A DNA stretch of 64,000 nt, from positions 2,656 to 66,655 of the forward strand of contig NW_021833635.1 of NCBI RefSeq assembly GCF_006345805.1, read 5' to 3'. A model generated the notes under the pieces. The model made no database searches. It saw nothing but the letters and a program-made list of their open reading frames with translations, and was not told where the DNA came from. Source of the stretch: Octopus sinensis (lineage: Eukaryota). The translations under genes and the position numbers were made by a program. This document shows, piece after piece, positions 61,811 to 64,000 of the stretch. Each line of letters starts with the position of its first letter. The stretch's first letter is position 1.

Positions 61811-62516
61811 TTGTATATATATATATATATTTAAATATATATATATAATATACATACATATATTTATATATATATATTTATATGTATATATACATACATA
61901 TATATATATATGAATATATATATGTATGTATAGTGTGTGTGCGTGTGCGTGGTGTATGGTCTGATTATAAGCGTAAAAGAACCAGACAAGCACACTTACG
62001 TACGTATGTATAAATATTTCTATATGCGAGTGTTATTAGGCGTTTGTGTGCGTGTGTGGTTATCTATATATATGTACGTGTGCACGTGTGTGTGTGTGTG
62101 TGTGTGTGTGATTGTAAAACGTGTTCACCTTGTCCTCCTCCCCGTCTTTTAAATTTCTAAACAGACAAAGCGAAAGTAAGAAAGAGGGCGAGAGAGAGAG
62201 AGAGAGAGAGAAGGAGAGAAAGGAGGTAGAGAACGAGAAAGAATGAAAAGGTAAGAGAGGATGAGGAACAACTTCAGTGAGTCAGTTTCTCTCCAATAAC
62301 TAAATATCTCACAGAAATCGGCCATTCTCACTGACACACTCCAATAGAGAATATCCACCCCTTGTGTCTATCTTTCGCATCGGATTGGATCTTTGGTGCC
62401 CACTGGGGAAAACATAAATGTTATGTTGGGCAACTGGGGCCAAAATTACTCGATGGAATACCTTCTGTTCAAAGCTGTATCTGCAGTAAGAAGTGAGGTC
62501 AGTACTGTAAGCCTTA

Positions 62517-62800
62517 CAGTCGTTTCCAAACCTTTTCGGGCTGCCGCCCCCTTGAGACCCAGGCCACATTCCAAGCGCCTCTACCCCAACTAACCATCAC
62601 AAACATAGACCCCTTTCTGAAGCAAATTCAAAGCAACTGTATTTCACAAATAAAACTTAACCTAATAAACCTATTATTTTGTTTTTTTTTACATGAATCG
62701 CTACCCCATTATCGCACCACATTTTACCCCACTTTTCTTCAACGCCCCCCTTGGAATCCCCCCCCCAAGAGGGCAATAACGCCCACTTTGGGAACCACGG
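62517..62800. mobile_element. hAT-like MITE
   Basis: Imperfect TIRs CAGTCGTTTCCAAAC / CTTTGGGAACCACGG; no clear TSD. Confidence 0.5.
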
Positions 62801-63279
62801 CAATAATAAAATCAAAACAAGTATAAATTTTCCTGCGCCGATGTTAGAATGAACAAGTTGACCTGTACGTGGTTTCTCGGTACTTAGAAATAACGGTGAA
62901 ATGATCTCCTTCGTGTTCCAAGTTGTAAATTACTGATTGAAATTAAAGTGAGTACTCTAAAGTACAAAATCAAATAACTTGGAAATTTAAATGTACCGTC
63001 ACTTAGCAAACGGTAAGTGAAAAGCCTTTATATGTTTTACAATCTGTTAAAAATTGCTGTGATATCTTTCTCAAGTTAATCGTGTCCTAGTGGCTAAGAT
63101 GTTGCACTCACGATCTCGCGATTATGTTCGATTCTTTGATAGGGTAGCACGTTGTGTTCTTGAGCAAAACACTTCATTTCATGTTGCTTCAGTTCTCTCA
63201 GGAGGAATGTTGGACTGCTTGCTTAGCCAGTGGACTGCTTGCTTAGCCAAACGATGCAAAGCGAATTGTGGCCAGTGAT

Positions 63280-63445
63280 GTATAACAGCATCTATTCTGG
63301 GTTCAAATTCCGCCAGGGTTGGCTTTGCCTTTCATTATTTCGAAGAAGTCGATAAAATAAGGCCCAGTTGAGCATTGAGGTCGAAATAATTGACACTCCA
63401 ACTCACCTAAAATTGCCGGCCTTGTGCCAAAATTTGAAACCAGGT
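63280..63445 (+). mobile_element. SINE family B, diverged, alternative tail
   Basis: GGTTCAAATTCCGCC...GCCTTTCATT...GTCGATAAAATAAG. Confidence 0.65.
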
Positions 63446-63629
63446 TTCTTTCTCTAGCATTTTACATTGTTCAATCTACACAAGTTAAGGGGTGAAAAAC
63501 AAATAGGAATTTTGAAAGAAGTTTCTGTAAAAAAAACATGTTTTTAAATATCGATTAAAGCAGCAATCAAACGGGTCCGTAGATAAATGTGGTTGAGAAC
63601 CCCTGGGTTATGTACTTAACTCTCAAACA

Positions 63630-63846
63630 ACCCCCACAATGGGCTAAATACAGACAGGACAAACAAGGACAGACATACGGATTAAGTCGATTATATTGAC
63701 CCCGGTGCGTAACTGGTACTTAATTTATCGACCCCGAAAGGATGAAAGGCAAAGTCGACCACGGCGGAATTTGAACTCAGAATGTAACGGCAGACGAAAG
63801 TACCGCTAAGCATTACGCCCGGCGTGCTAACGTTTCTGCCAGCTCA
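63630..63846 (-). mobile_element. SINE family B (Tx1-like tail)
   Basis: Consensus match. Confidence 0.85.
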
Positions 63847-64000
63847 TACCGGTTCAGGTGTCACTGTTCTTTCTGAAGGTAGTGAATATCCCAGCGGTAG
63901 AGAAACATCACTAAAAGAAAACCCCGCCATCAAAAAAAGAAGAAAACAAAACAAAAAAAAAAACGGTTCACTTTGTTCTAAAAACGCTTTGTTATAGGCG

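Noticed and set aside
62309-62483. Minus-strand acceptor (CTGAC...CTTCTTACTGCAG) followed by an open frame
   Set aside because: No recognisable protein or convincing donor; lies beside a MITE.

Overview
Eukaryotic, AT-rich, microsatellite-dense DNA made almost entirely of mobile elements. The SINE repertoire points to an Octopus genome (inference). I found no confidently supported host gene; most ORF-track entries are microsatellite artefacts. Elements present: a 5'-truncated Penelope-like element (RT + GIY-YIG) with an inverted pseudo-LTR; a full-length but decayed Tx1-clade LINE with a 16-bp TSD; Tx1, CR1, RTE and two R4-like (RLE) fragments; a mariner remnant; 8-bp-TSD MITEs with internal telomeric repeats; and about 50 copies of at least six tRNA-derived SINE families. 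Two systems stand out. (1) The Tx1 LINE and a SINE share a 3' tail and a target site inside that SINE's own head, which builds self-nested SINE arrays. (2) About ten minimal type I hammerhead-ribozyme motifs with palindromic helix III occur, including U3-A8 and A6U core variants. They sit in the Penelope pseudo-LTR, in fold-back elements, and in a tRNA-head/(AAT)n/hammerhead SINE. All structures were read by eye; no searches or folding were run.
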